From an uncultured delta proteobacterium (GTDB lineage Bacteria > Myxococcota_A > Polyangia > Polyangiales > JAFGIB01), in NCBI GenBank assembly GCA_963778655.1, contig CAVZVA010000003.1, positions 32,001 to 96,000 on the forward strand: a stretch of DNA of 64,000 bases, written 5' to 3'. Shown piece by piece: positions 10,667-20,584 of this stretch. Both the position numbers and the translations under genes were made by a program. The first letter of the stretch is position 1; each line of letters opens with the position of its first letter. A model generated the notes under the pieces. That model saw nothing but the letters and a program-made list of their open reading frames with translations. It made no database searches and was not told where the DNA came from.

Positions 10667-13528
10667 ATGAAAGCCCCGCGATCCCCTCATGACGCGATCG
10701 TCGTGCCCAGCAGCGGCCCGATCTACCAGGGCCGGCCGGGCCAGACCCGGACCGAGCGCGTGCACATCGTGGAGCCGGACGGCACGGTACGCTCGATCGA
10801 GGTGCACCGCGTGGTCAACGTGCAGAGCCACCCCGAGCTCAAGCCGCGCGTGCTGGCAGGGCAGCTGCACCGGCTGGTGGACGGGCGCGAGCTCGCGCTG
10901 CCGTTCGTGTATCACGACCCCTCCGCGCGCAAGTTCGCGCTGGTGATCCCGCCCGCGCTCGCGCACCTGGAAATGAAGGAGTGGGCGCGTTTGATGACCG
11001 AGGTGGCCGAGGACACCAACGCGCCGGTGCCCGGCTACGTGCGCGACGGCACCACCGTGCTCGGGCTGGGTGCGCTCGAGCTGTTCCTCGAGAGCGGCGT
11101 CGAGCCCGACGACGCCGAGCTGAGCGTGCTCAACCGCCCGCCGGCGGCGCCGCCCGGGCAGCAGCGCGCGCGCGAGCACGCGCTGTCCGAGCGCGGGCGC
11201 CTGCTCGACGAGCGCGAGCGCGAAGCGGCCGAGCAGGAGCAGAGCCTGGTGCGCATGGCCAGCGACCTCGCCACGCGCGAGGCCTCGCTGCAGCGCAGGG
11301 AGGAACAGCTCGACGCCACCCGTGCCGAGCTCGACACGCGCGAGAAGGAGCTGGCCGAGCGCCGCGCCGCGGTCGCGCGCGCGCGCCCGCACGATGCCGA
11401 CGTGGTGCCCGACGGCGAATGGCAGGAAGTGCGCACCGACGAGAACGAGAGCCCGGCCACGCGACAGAACGAACAAGCCACCGTGGTCGCCAACCTGTCG
11501 GAGGTGATGAAGAGCCAGGCGCCCTACGAGGTCTACGACAGCGAGCTGCAGGACCTGAGCGTCGCCAGCGCGGCGCTGCGGCGCGAGGCCGCGCAGCGGC
11601 GCGAGCAGCGGCGCTCCTCGCGGCCCCCGGCGGAGCCCGCCGCGCAGGCGCCGCCGCCGCTGAAGCGCCGCGGCCGCACGCCGCCGCCGCTCACGCCGCA
11701 ACCGGACGCGGCCGCCCATGTCGCCCACTCGCCGCCGCCGCTGCGCCCGCACTCGGGCCCGATCTCGGCGCAGCTCGCGAGCGCGCCGCCGCCTTTGCCG
11801 CGCAGCGTCGGCGGCGAGCAGGCCCGAGCGCCGCGGGCGAGGCGCGGCAAGACCGACGCGCCACCGCCGCTGCCGCGCGGCGGCGACGGCGCCAGCGGGG
11901 GGCGGGTGCGCCCGCGCAGCGTCCCGCCGCCGCGGGCGGTGGAGCACTACGCCAGCGCGCCGCCGCCGCCGCCCCAACCCGAGCCACCGGCGGGCTTCGC
12001 CGCGCTGCCGCCGATGCACATCGCGCTGGGACGCGAGGAGGGCGAGCTGTGGCTGTTCGTGCAGCTCGACGCCAACCGCGCCGAGGCGTTCGCCAACGAG
12101 GGTGAGCTGCTGGTCCAGCTGAGCGAGATCCAGGATCGACCGGTGGTGGTGCTGGCGCTGCTGGGCTCGGGCGGCGAGGTCGCGCGCGCGGTGCTCGACG
12201 GTCTCTCCGCGGACACGCACAAGACGCTGGAGCGGCTGGAGCGCGCGTTCCGGGCGCAGGCCGCGCTGTACGTGGACGGTCAGCTACAGACCACCAAGCT
12301 GCTGTCGGCGCCGCGCGAGAGCAACGCGCACGCCATCCTGGAGCGGCTGGGAGCGTGGCGGCCCACGCCCGCGCTGCCGGCCGCCGACGCGATCGAGCGC
12401 GCGCTCCACGACCCGCCGCCGGTGCGCGACGAAGAGCTGCCGTTCGGGCCGCCGCGGCCGCAGGCGGCGAGCACCTCGAGCGTGCTCGGCGCGGTGCGCC
12501 GGCTCGAGACCTGGGCCAAGCCCGAGATGCTCTCGCTCGCGCTGCTGGTCTACAGCGTGCCCAAGCACGTGATCGAAGCCTCGTGCCGGCGCGTGCTGCG
12601 CGCGGCGATCGGCTTCGGCATCGCGCTGCCGCCGGCGCTGGCCGAGCTGGCGCTGGAGCACAGGCTGGCCGAGGACAAAGTGCAGCTGATCAGCGAGCAG
12701 CTCGCCGCGTTCAAACAGCGCATCGAGCGCGGGCACAACGACCTCGATCCGACCTCGACCATGCGCAACTGGGAGAAACTGTTCGCGCAGGCCGACGAGG
12801 TCGACCTGGCGGTGGACCCGGAGGTGCGTCACTGGGTGGAGCGCTCGGCGGCCGAGAGCGGCGCGCCGCCGCCCGACTTGCCGCTCAGCAGCGCGGAGCT
12901 GCGACGCGACCTGGGCGACCCGGGACGGCGGCTCGGCGCGATCCGCGAGCTGAGCCGGCGCGGCCACGGCGCCGCGGTCGAGCCGATCGTCCACGTGCTC
13001 GAGGAGCTCTCGCCCGAGGAGGTCGCCGCGGCCGTGGTCTGCCTGCTCTCATTCGGCGAGCTGGCGGGCAACGGGTTGATCGCGGCGCTGGGCTCGCCCA
13101 GCCAGTACGTGCGCCACGCCTGCGCGCTGGGGCTCGGCCGGCTCAAGCTACGTCGCAGCCTGCCGGCGCTGATCAACCAGATCGAGAGCGAGACCACGGT
13201 TTCGTGGACGGAGATGGCGCGCGCGGTCGGCGATTTCGGGTCGCCGGCCCTGCGCCAGGTGGCCAAGGCGCTCAAGACCAGCGAGCGGCGCGAGCGGCTG
13301 ATGGTCTGCCTCGGCCACCTGGCGAATCACGGTGCCGGCGAGGAAGTGAAAAGCCTGGAAAGCGACCCGGACCCGACCCTGGCGCTGGCCGCCCGTCAGG
13401 CCATGGCCCGCCGTTCGCGCATGGAGTGGGACGATCAGGCCGTGCGCAACCAACAGCCTTTGCGCGACAATAGTCCGGAAGCACGCTTCTCGCAGGTGTT
13501 CTACGCGGAAGTGGCCCGCGCGGGCTAA
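10667..13528 (+). CDS. Large protein: CpXC-like N-terminus, coiled coil, Pro-rich linker, C-terminal HEAT repeats
   Basis: VNVQSHPELKPRVLAG...PFVYHDP resembles a CpXC domain lacking the Cys pairs; REREAAEQE coiled coil; VRHACALGLGRL HEAT-like repeats. Confidence 0.7.
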   Translation: MKAPRSPHDAIVVPSSGPIYQGRPGQTRTERVHIVEPDGTVRSIEVHRVVNVQSHPELKPRVLAGQLHRLVDGRELALPFVYHDPSARKFALVIPPALAHLEMKEWARLMTEVAEDTNAPVPGYVRDGTTVLGLGALELFLESGVEPDDAELSVLNRPPAAPPGQQRAREHALSERGRLLDEREREAAEQEQSLVRMASDLATREASLQRREEQLDATRAELDTREKELAERRAAVARARPHDADVVPDGEWQEVRTDENESPATRQNEQATVVANLSEVMKSQAPYEVYDSELQDLSVASAALRREAAQRREQRRSSRPPAEPAAQAPPPLKRRGRTPPPLTPQPDAAAHVAHSPPPLRPHSGPISAQLASAPPPLPRSVGGEQARAPRARRGKTDAPPPLPRGGDGASGGRVRPRSVPPPRAVEHYASAPPPPPQPEPPAGFAALPPMHIALGREEGELWLFVQLDANRAEAFANEGELLVQLSEIQDRPVVVLALLGSGGEVARAVLDGLSADTHKTLERLERAFRAQAALYVDGQLQTTKLLSAPRESNAHAILERLGAWRPTPALPAADAIERALHDPPPVRDEELPFGPPRPQAASTSSVLGAVRRLETWAKPEMLSLALLVYSVPKHVIEASCRRVLRAAIGFGIALPPALAELALEHRLAEDKVQLISEQLAAFKQRIERGHNDLDPTSTMRNWEKLFAQADEVDLAVDPEVRHWVERSAAESGAPPPDLPLSSAELRRDLGDPGRRLGAIRELSRRGHGAAVEPIVHVLEELSPEEVAAAVVCLLSFGELAGNGLIAALGSPSQYVRHACALGLGRLKLRRSLPALINQIESETTVSWTEMARAVGDFGSPALRQVAKALKTSERRERLMVCLGHLANHGAGEEVKSLESDPDPTLALAARQAMARRSRMEWDDQAVRNQQPLRDNSPEARFSQVFYAEVARAG

Positions 13529-13611
13529 CCGGTCTGCCCATCGCCCAAACCTGCCGTAGCGGGATTTACACCAGACCGCACACGCCCTATAGGATCCACT
13601 CTTCCGAGCCC

Positions 13612-14349
13612 ATGCGCCTAGCCATTTTCAGTGACGTGCACGCCAACCTCGAAGCACTGAGCGCCGTGCTCGAGGCGTACCGGAACGAGCGCATCGACCA
13701 CTACTACTGTCTGGGCGACGTGGTCGGGTACGGCGCCAATCCCAACGAGTGCGCCGACATGGTCCGTGAGATCGCCGAGATCACCATCCTCGGCAACCAC
13801 GACGCCGCGGTCGCGGGACGCATGGACTACTCCTATTACTACGAGGCCGCACGCCAGGCGCTCGACGCACACGCCACCTCTCTGACCAAGGAGAACCTGG
13901 CCTGGCTCAAGGGCCTGCCATACAAGCGCATGCTGGACGAGGCCGAGGTGCTGCTGTGTCACGGCTCGCCGGTGCGGATCGAGGAGTTCGAGTACATCTT
14001 CGCGCCGGAGCAGGCGCGCGAGTGCTTGCCGATCCTGCAGGAGCTCGGACACCTGACCGTGATCGGGCACTCGCACCTGTGCAAGGTGTTCGCGCTCAAG
14101 CCGGGTTACGTCGAGGAGCTGCCGCCGTCGGATTTCGTGCTGCGTCCCGACTGCAAGTACATCGTCAGCGTGGGCTCGGTGGGCCAGCCGCGCGACTACG
14201 ACAACCGCGCCAGCTACACCGTCTACGACACCGAGACCAAGCTGTTCGAGTTCAAGCGCATCGAGTACGACATCGATCTGGCAGCCACCAAGATCTTCGA
14301 CAGCAACCTCGAGCGCAACTTCGGCCACCGCCTGTTCATTGGGGTCTGA
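13612..14349 (+). CDS. Metallophosphoesterase (calcineurin-like)
   Basis: SDVHAN, LGDVVGYG, GNHD, CHGSP, GHSH, GSVGQPRD motifs. Confidence 0.95.
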   Translation: MRLAIFSDVHANLEALSAVLEAYRNERIDHYYCLGDVVGYGANPNECADMVREIAEITILGNHDAAVAGRMDYSYYYEAARQALDAHATSLTKENLAWLKGLPYKRMLDEAEVLLCHGSPVRIEEFEYIFAPEQARECLPILQELGHLTVIGHSHLCKVFALKPGYVEELPPSDFVLRPDCKYIVSVGSVGQPRDYDNRASYTVYDTETKLFEFKRIEYDIDLAATKIFDSNLERNFGHRLFIGV

Positions 14350-14525
14350 ACGGGAGGGTCACGCGACCCTCCCGCCCCAGGTCCAAAGGGGCCCGTAGCA
14401 AAGCTGTCGGGGCCCCACCCTCCCGCGCGGCTCGCTACATTTCGTTGCGTTCACTCCCATCCAGTCCGCGGGTCGACCGCTGGCTACCACGAGCCCGCGG
14501 TGGGTCACACGAAGGCCGTCGTGGG

Positions 14526-15773
14526 TCAGAGGTAGCCGTCTAGAGGATGGAGGTTGTCCAGGGGGGTTTCGAGCGGGGGGATTTGCATGGCGCCGACCTC
14601 GCAGGCGTAAGGGGCCAGAGGGGCGAGCGCGCGTGGGGCGCTGCCGGCGAGACCCAGGGCTTTGAGGTGCGCGCCGAGCGCGCGCAGGCGCGCGGCGACA
14701 GCGTCGAGATCGGCGAGCTCGTACACGCTGAGGTTGCGGTAGCCGGGACTGGGGCGCAGCGCGGCCTGGGCCTCGTAGCTGACCGCCCAGCGCTCGCCGC
14801 GCTCCAGCTCTCCGAGCGCCGCGGCCACGCCGAGCCACTGCAGCTGCGCGGCCGACGCCTCGGGCGGCAGCACACCGCGCGGCAGCTCCTGCTCGCAAGC
14901 CTGCAGCGCCTCGCCCAGCAACCGCGCGAACGCGCGCACACCCAGCGCCCCGCCGCGCAGCACCAGCAGCGCCTGCGGCGACAGGCAGCCGCGCTGGTCG
15001 TAGGCCGCGACATCGAGCGCGACGCGAGTCGCGAGCTCGCGCGCGCTCGCCTCGTCCCCGAGCGCGTCGGCGCCGACCACGATCGCCCCGAAGCCGTGAC
15101 CGTGCGCGAGCAGGCGCGCACCCGCGCAGGCGCGTCCGCGCAGCGACGCGAGCGTGTCGTCGTCGCCGTAGATCGAGACCACGTCCGCGCCGGAGAGCAG
15201 CGCGGCCTCGCGCGCGGGCTCGCCACGCCCGAAGCGCAGCACGGCGCAGGCAGCGCCGAGCCTCGGGTCGACCGCGTCGAGCGCACGCGCCAGGTACCGC
15301 GGCAGCACGTCGTCGGCGCTCGAGGCCTTGGCCAGCACCGCCCTGCCGCACAACAGCGGCAACAAGAGCGGCCGCGCAGCCGCGCTGAACACATTGCCCG
15401 CAAGCACCGCGACACACACCTTCACTCCGTCAACGCCGTCGTGGTCGCGGTCGTGGTCGTAATCGTGGTCGTGATCGCCTTCGTCCCCCTCCCCGCGCGC
15501 GCGGTGCAGCGCGCACAGCGCTCCGCGCCGAAACAAGCCGAGCGTGGTGCTCAGCCCGAGCTCGATCCCCGAGGCCGAGAGCCCCGAGCGCACCAGCAGC
15601 TCGGCGCGCAGCGCGCGGCCGAGCGCATCCTCGGCGTCGAGCAGGCGCGCACAGGCCCGCTCGAGCGCAGCGGCTCGCTCCGCCAGCGGGACCGCGCGCA
15701 GCAGCCGCGCGGCCGCGCGCAGCGCCGCGTGCAGCGCGCGAATCGACCCGGGCGAGCTGTCCGCGCCGTCCAT
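14526..15773 (-). CDS. LuxC-like acyl-CoA/acyl-protein reductase (ALDH fold)
   Basis: LAGNVF, KASS, YGDDDT, DVAAYDQRGCLSPQ with the catalytic Cys. Confidence 0.85.
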   Translation of the reverse strand: MDGADSSPGSIRALHAALRAAARLLRAVPLAERAAALERACARLLDAEDALGRALRAELLVRSGLSASGIELGLSTTLGLFRRGALCALHRARGEGDEGDHDHDYDHDRDHDGVDGVKVCVAVLAGNVFSAAARPLLLPLLCGRAVLAKASSADDVLPRYLARALDAVDPRLGAACAVLRFGRGEPAREAALLSGADVVSIYGDDDTLASLRGRACAGARLLAHGHGFGAIVVGADALGDEASARELATRVALDVAAYDQRGCLSPQALLVLRGGALGVRAFARLLGEALQACEQELPRGVLPPEASAAQLQWLGVAAALGELERGERWAVSYEAQAALRPSPGYRNLSVYELADLDAVAARLRALGAHLKALGLAGSAPRALAPLAPYACEVGAMQIPPLETPLDNLHPLDGYL

Positions 15774-16889
15774 TCAACCCCCGAGCGCGGCGTCGAGCGC
15801 GAGCGAGCACCCGCGCGGCTCGGCACCCGCCGCGCGCCCCAGCACCAGCACGCCGTCGTCCAGGCGCCGCCCGCGATCAGAGGTCTGCAGCGCGCACACG
15901 CTGTCGAGGTTCGCCAGGTCATCGATGCGCAGCACGCCCTCGGCGGGTTCCGGCAGCTTCGCCAGCGTTTCGGCATCGAGCGGCGTCACCCGCACCCAGC
16001 CCGGCACCAGCAGCCTGCGCGGGGTTTCGCTGCGACCGAGCGCCGCCTCGCGCAGCGTGCTCTCGTAGAGCTGTGAGCTGAGCTCGGTCATGCCGTACTC
16101 CTGCACGATGTAGCGCGGATCGATGCCATAGCGCAGAGCCAGCAACGAGAGCAGCGCCCGCGGCTCGACCTCGCGCGAGCGGCCCTTGAAGCCGCCGGTC
16201 TGCATGATGCGGCTGCCGGCGGCGAGCGCAAAGCGCCGAGCACCGAGCGCGTCCTCGGCGTGCACGAACGCGAACGAGGTGCCTAACAACGCGAGCGGCG
16301 TCTGGCTACGCTCGGCCTCCGCCAGCGTGCGCTCCAGCAGCGCCGCGTCGAGCGCGCCGCCCGCAACCACCTGCACGCTTGGGCCTTCGCCGAACCAGGC
16401 GCCGAAGCGGTCCAGCATGTAGCTGAGCGACGAGTCGGTCAGCTCGGCGCTGCTGGGCGCGAGCACCACCAGCTGCATGCGCGCGACGTCGGGAAACAGC
16501 GCGTAGCGCGCCCAGCGCTCGGCTGCGAGATCGTAGAGCGAGAGGTCCTTGAAGCAATGGCTGCCGCGCCGCGCCGCGCTGGTCCCCGAGCTGCGGAACA
16601 CGCGGCTGTCCTGCGCCTCGGGGTGGCAAGCCACGCGTGCGAAGCGAAACACGTCGGTCGGCAGCGCGGGCCACTGCGAGGGCCCGCCCGCAGGCGCGCC
16701 GAGCCGGGTGACCAACCGATCGTAGACGGGCAAGCGCGCGCGCTGCCAGCGGCAAAGCTGCTCGAGCAGCGCGTCGCGCGCCGCGTCGTCACGCCCGCCT
16801 TGCCCCAGCCGCGCGATCAGCGCGGCGATACGCGCGTGCAACGCGGTACGCCCGCTCGCCTCGTCCGGCCCGCGTGCCTCTGCGCTCAT
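15774..16889 (-). CDS. LuxE-like acyl-protein synthetase
   Basis: FRSSGTS, MQTGGFKGRSRE, EYGMTELSSQLY, DLANLDSV..LQTSD.G, LGRA..AEPRGCS (C-terminal Cys). Confidence 0.9.
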   Translation of the reverse strand: MSAEARGPDEASGRTALHARIAALIARLGQGGRDDAARDALLEQLCRWQRARLPVYDRLVTRLGAPAGGPSQWPALPTDVFRFARVACHPEAQDSRVFRSSGTSAARRGSHCFKDLSLYDLAAERWARYALFPDVARMQLVVLAPSSAELTDSSLSYMLDRFGAWFGEGPSVQVVAGGALDAALLERTLAEAERSQTPLALLGTSFAFVHAEDALGARRFALAAGSRIMQTGGFKGRSREVEPRALLSLLALRYGIDPRYIVQEYGMTELSSQLYESTLREAALGRSETPRRLLVPGWVRVTPLDAETLAKLPEPAEGVLRIDDLANLDSVCALQTSDRGRRLDDGVLVLGRAAGAEPRGCSLALDAALGG

Positions 16890-18241
16890 CGCGGCTGCGC
16901 TCCCAGGGCGTCGAGCAACGCGTCCAGAAAGCCCTCGAGCCGCGCTTGGCTGATCGTCAGCGGCGGCGTCAGCGAGAGCGTGCGCGCGTCCGCACCGGCC
17001 GGCAGCGTCAGGTAGCCGCGCTCCAGCAGCGCGCGCACCAGCGAAAGCGTGCGCGCGCCGGAGTCGAGCTCCACGCCGATCAGCAAGCCGGCGCCGCGCA
17101 CCTCGCGCACGCACGCCTGCCCTTGCAGCCGCGCCCGCAACTGGCCGGCGAGCCAGTCGCCGAGCGCCTGGCTGCGCTCGCACAGCTGCTGCCGCGCGAT
17201 CGCGTCCAGCGTGGCGAGCGCCGCAGCGCAGGCCAGCGGGTTGCCGAAGAAGGTGCCGGTGTGCAGCGCCTCGCTATCGGGCGCGCCCCAGGCCGCCATC
17301 ACCTCGGCAGTGCCCAGGCACGCGCTCACCGGCAGCCCGCCGCCCAGCGCCTTGCCCAGGCACAGCAGGTGCGGGGTCGCGCCCTGTGCCACGCTCTGCA
17401 ACCACGCGCCGCCGCGCCCCAGGCCAGTCAGGATCTCGTCGGCGATCAGTAGCGCTCCGCGGCGATCGCACAGCTCGCGCAGCGCAGCCAGAAAGCCGCG
17501 CGGCGGCACCACCACGCCGCCGCGTCCGAGCACCGGCTCGATCAACACCGCGCCGATCGCGTCGTGCTCGCGCCACGCGCGCTCCACCGCGGCGAGCGCC
17601 GCGTCCAGCGTCGTATCTGCCTCTGGATAGGGCGCGAAGACCACGTGCGGATTGAGCTGCGCCGCGAACGGCGTGCGGAACTTCGCATCGTAGCCGCAGG
17701 CTGCGAGCGGGCCGTAGCCCAGGCCGTGATAGCCGCCGTCGAAGGCCAGCACGCCGGGGCGCCCGCTGTGCAGCGCCGCGGTCTTGAGCGCGGCGGTGAC
17801 CGCATCCGAGCCGCTCAGTCCGAGCACCACGCGTGCATCGGTGAAGGGCGCGAGCGCGGCCAGGCGTTGCAGCAAGGCGATCTTCGTGTCCGCGGGGTGT
17901 GCGTCGCCGAGCGCGTGCAGCAGCCGCTCGGCCTGCTGCTGCACCGCGTGCACCACCTCCGGCGCAGCGTGCCCGACCGCGGCCGCGCCGAAGCCGGCGG
18001 TCAAATCGACGTAGCGGTTGTCGTCCACGTCCCAGACGTTGATGCCCGAAGCGCGCGCCCACACAATCGGATCGTGGGGCGCACCCGCGAGCTCGGTGCG
18101 GCGCGCGCGGCGCGCGGTGAGCGCCGGGCATTCGGTGGCGGCCAGGACGTCAAGCCAGTGCTGGCCGCGAGCCCCCGGCAGGGGCGCGCGCACGAGCGGC
18201 TCGAGCTGGGACTGCGGCGCGGGCACGCCCTGCACTACCAC
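16886..18241 (-). CDS. Class III PLP aminotransferase
   Basis: WDVDDNRYVDLTAGFG, SGSDAV, EPVLGRGG, LIADEILTGLGR, LGKALGGG, HTGTFFGNPLAC; stop overlaps luxE-like start; start codon approximate. Confidence 0.9.
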   Translation of the reverse strand: MVVQGVPAPQSQLEPLVRAPLPGARGQHWLDVLAATECPALTARRARRTELAGAPHDPIVWARASGINVWDVDDNRYVDLTAGFGAAAVGHAAPEVVHAVQQQAERLLHALGDAHPADTKIALLQRLAALAPFTDARVVLGLSGSDAVTAALKTAALHSGRPGVLAFDGGYHGLGYGPLAACGYDAKFRTPFAAQLNPHVVFAPYPEADTTLDAALAAVERAWREHDAIGAVLIEPVLGRGGVVVPPRGFLAALRELCDRRGALLIADEILTGLGRGGAWLQSVAQGATPHLLCLGKALGGGLPVSACLGTAEVMAAWGAPDSEALHTGTFFGNPLACAAALATLDAIARQQLCERSQALGDWLAGQLRARLQGQACVREVRGAGLLIGVELDSGARTLSLVRALLERGYLTLPAGADARTLSLTPPLTISQARLEGFLDALLDALGAQPR

Positions 18242-18305
18242 GCCGCAGCGGCCGGGGCACAAGGGGCGTCCGCAGCGCGCGGCGCCCGCGATCGGCGGGG
18301 GCCGC

Positions 18306-20016
18306 TCAGCGCTTGGCGCGCTTGCGCCAGGGGAAGAACGCGTTGCCGGCGGCGCGCGCCTCGCGCATCTGTTGCGGGTCACCGAGCAGCATCACGGTGA
18401 GCTTCGCGCCGTGTTTGGCGGCAGCTTCGGCCACCGCCGACTTGATCTCGGGGGCGCGCTGGGCGAAGCCGGGATCGACGCGAATGCCGATCACGGGCAT
18501 GGCCGAGCCGTCGCCGACCTCGCATGCCCACTCCACCTCGGGATAACCGCGCAGCGCCTCGGACACGCGGTCGAGCACCGCGTCGCTGAGCGGGGGCTCC
18601 AGAGCGCGAAATGCAGTCGAGGCCCCGGCCGGCGCTGCCGCGGGCGCAGCGGCGGCCTCCGCCTCGGGCTCGGGGGCAGGCGTCGGCCCCTTGGTACGCG
18701 TCCCGCGCTTGCCGCGTTGGGCATCGGCGTTGAGCTCGGCGGCGAACATGCCGGCCAGCGTCTTGACCACGGAAGGCTCGGGGGGCGGCGCGTCCTCCAC
18801 GCGGCCTTTGCGCGCCATGTCGGTGAGCATTGCAGCGACGTCCGCCGCGGCCTGCTGCGTGGCCTCGTCGGCCGCCAGCTTGCCGATCTGCGTAACCATC
18901 ACCGCCGCTTCGAGCGCGGCGGGCTTGGCTTCGGGCTCCGGGCTCGGGTCGGCGAAGGGCGAGACCGCGTCGCCGAACGCGCTGGCCGCGGCCGGGGGCA
19001 GCTCGGGCGGCAGACCCTCGAGCGGAGGCAGCGGCTCGAAGCCCTGCGGGGGCGGCGCGGGTTGCACCGCCTCGAAGCCTGGGTGCGGCGGCGCGGGTTG
19101 CACCGCCTCGAAGCCTGGGTGCGGCGGCGCGGGTTGCACCGCCTCGAAGCCTGGGTGCGGCGACGCGGGTTGCACCGCTTCGAGTGCCGGCGCCGGCGGC
19201 GCGGCGATTGGCTCCGCTGCCGGCGCGTCGGGAGGCGCCTGCGGCCACGCCGCCAAATCCGGAATCGTCGGTGCAGGGTCGGGCTCGCCGCGCGCGGCGG
19301 GCCGCGGACGGCGAGCCATGTTGGCCGGGCGCGTGGCCAGCGGCACCGCGGCGAGCGCTTGCCGGCGCGCGGGCCCGGCCTCGGGCTCGGCGCGGGGATC
19401 GGGCCGGGCCGCGCCGCGCTTCGAGCGCGGGACCAACAGCTCCTCGACCACAGCGGGGGGCTTGCTCGCGGGCGGCAACCGCCTGAAGGGCATGTCGATC
19501 TCGGCCAGGCGCGGCCTCGCGGCGCCGCCCGCGGGCGGCGCTTTCGGATCGGCGACGCCGCGGGGCCCCAGCCGGCGCGGGGGCGCGGCCTGCCCGTGGG
19601 AGTCGAGCACGCCCTGCACCTCGTCGCGGGAGAATTCGGTCGCGTGCTCGCCGCAGATATCCAGCACCACGAAGTGCGCATGCTGGGAGAGCGCGCACTG
19701 CAACGCCTCGCGCGCGCCGAGCTCGCGCATGCCGATCGAATCCGTCGGGTTGGAGCCAGCCAAAACGCCGCGCAGCCGCGGTCAGCTCGTCACGCCCGGT
19801 GAACAACGGCATCGCCTTTTCGCCATCGCTATTGGTCAGCGTACGAAGCGCCTCGGCACCGCCCGGCCAGGTGGCGGCGAGCACCACGCCTTGCACCACC
19901 GTGGCCAGCGCCTGCGCGCGTGCGGCGTCGTCGTCGAGTGCGTGCAGCAGAAGCTGGCGCAGGGCGACCGTGGCCTGGTCGAGCCTGGCCCCCCCCTTCT
20001 CGCCGGCTGTCATCAC
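18306..20016 (-). pseudogene. SseB-family protein split by an apparent 1-bp frameshift near 19740
   Basis: N-part (LRTLTNSDGEKAMPLFTGRDEL...WLQPDG) in ORF 18379..20016 continues as SIGMRELGAREAL... in ORF 18306..19763; removing one base from GGATTCGATC restores DGSIGM. Confidence 0.65.
19035..19183 (-). repeat. 36-bp coding tandem repeat, about 4 copies (EAVQPAPPHPGF)
   Basis: GTTGCACCGCCTCGAAGCCTGGGTGCGGCGGCGCGG at 19061, 19097, 19133 plus partial copies on both sides. Confidence 0.95.
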
Positions 20017-20088
20017 TGGAACATTCTACCCCATCCACCCGGGGAAGCGGCAGGGGTCATCACGGAATCAGCCAACCCTCCCCCACGC

Positions 20089-20116
20089 TTGACAGTCCCA
20101 AGCACACGACTATCTT
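20089..20116 (+). promoter_or_regulatory. Sigma70-type promoter for tRNA-Phe
   Basis: TTGACA (20089-20094), 16-nt spacer, TATCTT (20111-20116), about 50 nt upstream of the tRNA. Confidence 0.6.
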
Positions 20117-20165
20117 GCCGCCTTCTCGGCCCTGCACCGCGTAAAGCACACCCACCCACATCTCC

Positions 20166-20238
20166 GCCCAGGTAGCTCAGTCGGTAGAGCAGAGGATTGA
20201 AAATCCTCGTGTCGGCGGTTCGATTCCGTCCCTGGGCA
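20166..20238 (+). tRNA. tRNA-Phe (GAA), CCA not encoded
   Basis: GCCCAGG/CCTGGGC acceptor stem, GCTCAGTCGGTAGAGC D arm, GAGGA-TTGAAAA-TCCTC anticodon arm, GGTTCGATTCC T loop. Confidence 0.97.
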
Positions 20239-20358
20239 CTGCGATCGCTGCATTTCCCGAGGAATTCGAGAGCTCGGGTTGTCTCTGTGGTCTCTCTGAA
20301 CGCTGGGTTGCGCGGCTGTTTGCTACATATGTGCTGAAGTCGCCGACGCGCTCCGCAA

Positions 20359-20580
20359 GCTCGCCAGTGGGTCCTGACCGTACCCCATCGGCTCCGCTAC
20401 CGCATCGGCTACGACCACGACCTGTGCCTGCGCGTGCTACGGGCTCTCAGCACGGAGCTGCAGCGCTACTACCGCAACGTGACCGCCGAGCGCGGAGGCC
20501 AGACCGGCAGCGTTACGTTCATCCAGAGGTTCAACAGCGGCCTCGCGCTCAGCCCGCACTTTCACCTATTCGCGCTCGCG
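20359..20580 (+). mobile_element. IS91-family (HUH/Y2) transposase internal fragment
   Basis: Translates ARQWVLTVPHRLRY...GQTGSVTFIQRFNSGLALSPHFHLF, matching the QWVL and IQRF...HFH motifs; no start codon and no C-terminal part. Confidence 0.8.
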
Positions 20581-20584
20581 CCAG

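Noticed and set aside
8383..12220. Long antisense ORFs such as 8383..10656 (+) and 10505..12220 (-), and many similar ones
   Set aside because: Shadow ORFs caused by high GC; they overlap well-supported genes on the opposite strand and lack recognisable motifs.
14526..16889. Bioluminescence operon
   Set aside because: No luxA, luxB or luxD homologues in the window.
19035..19183. 36-bp repeats as a CRISPR array
   Set aside because: Copies are head-to-tail with no spacers, in frame within a Pro-rich coding region, and no cas genes are present.
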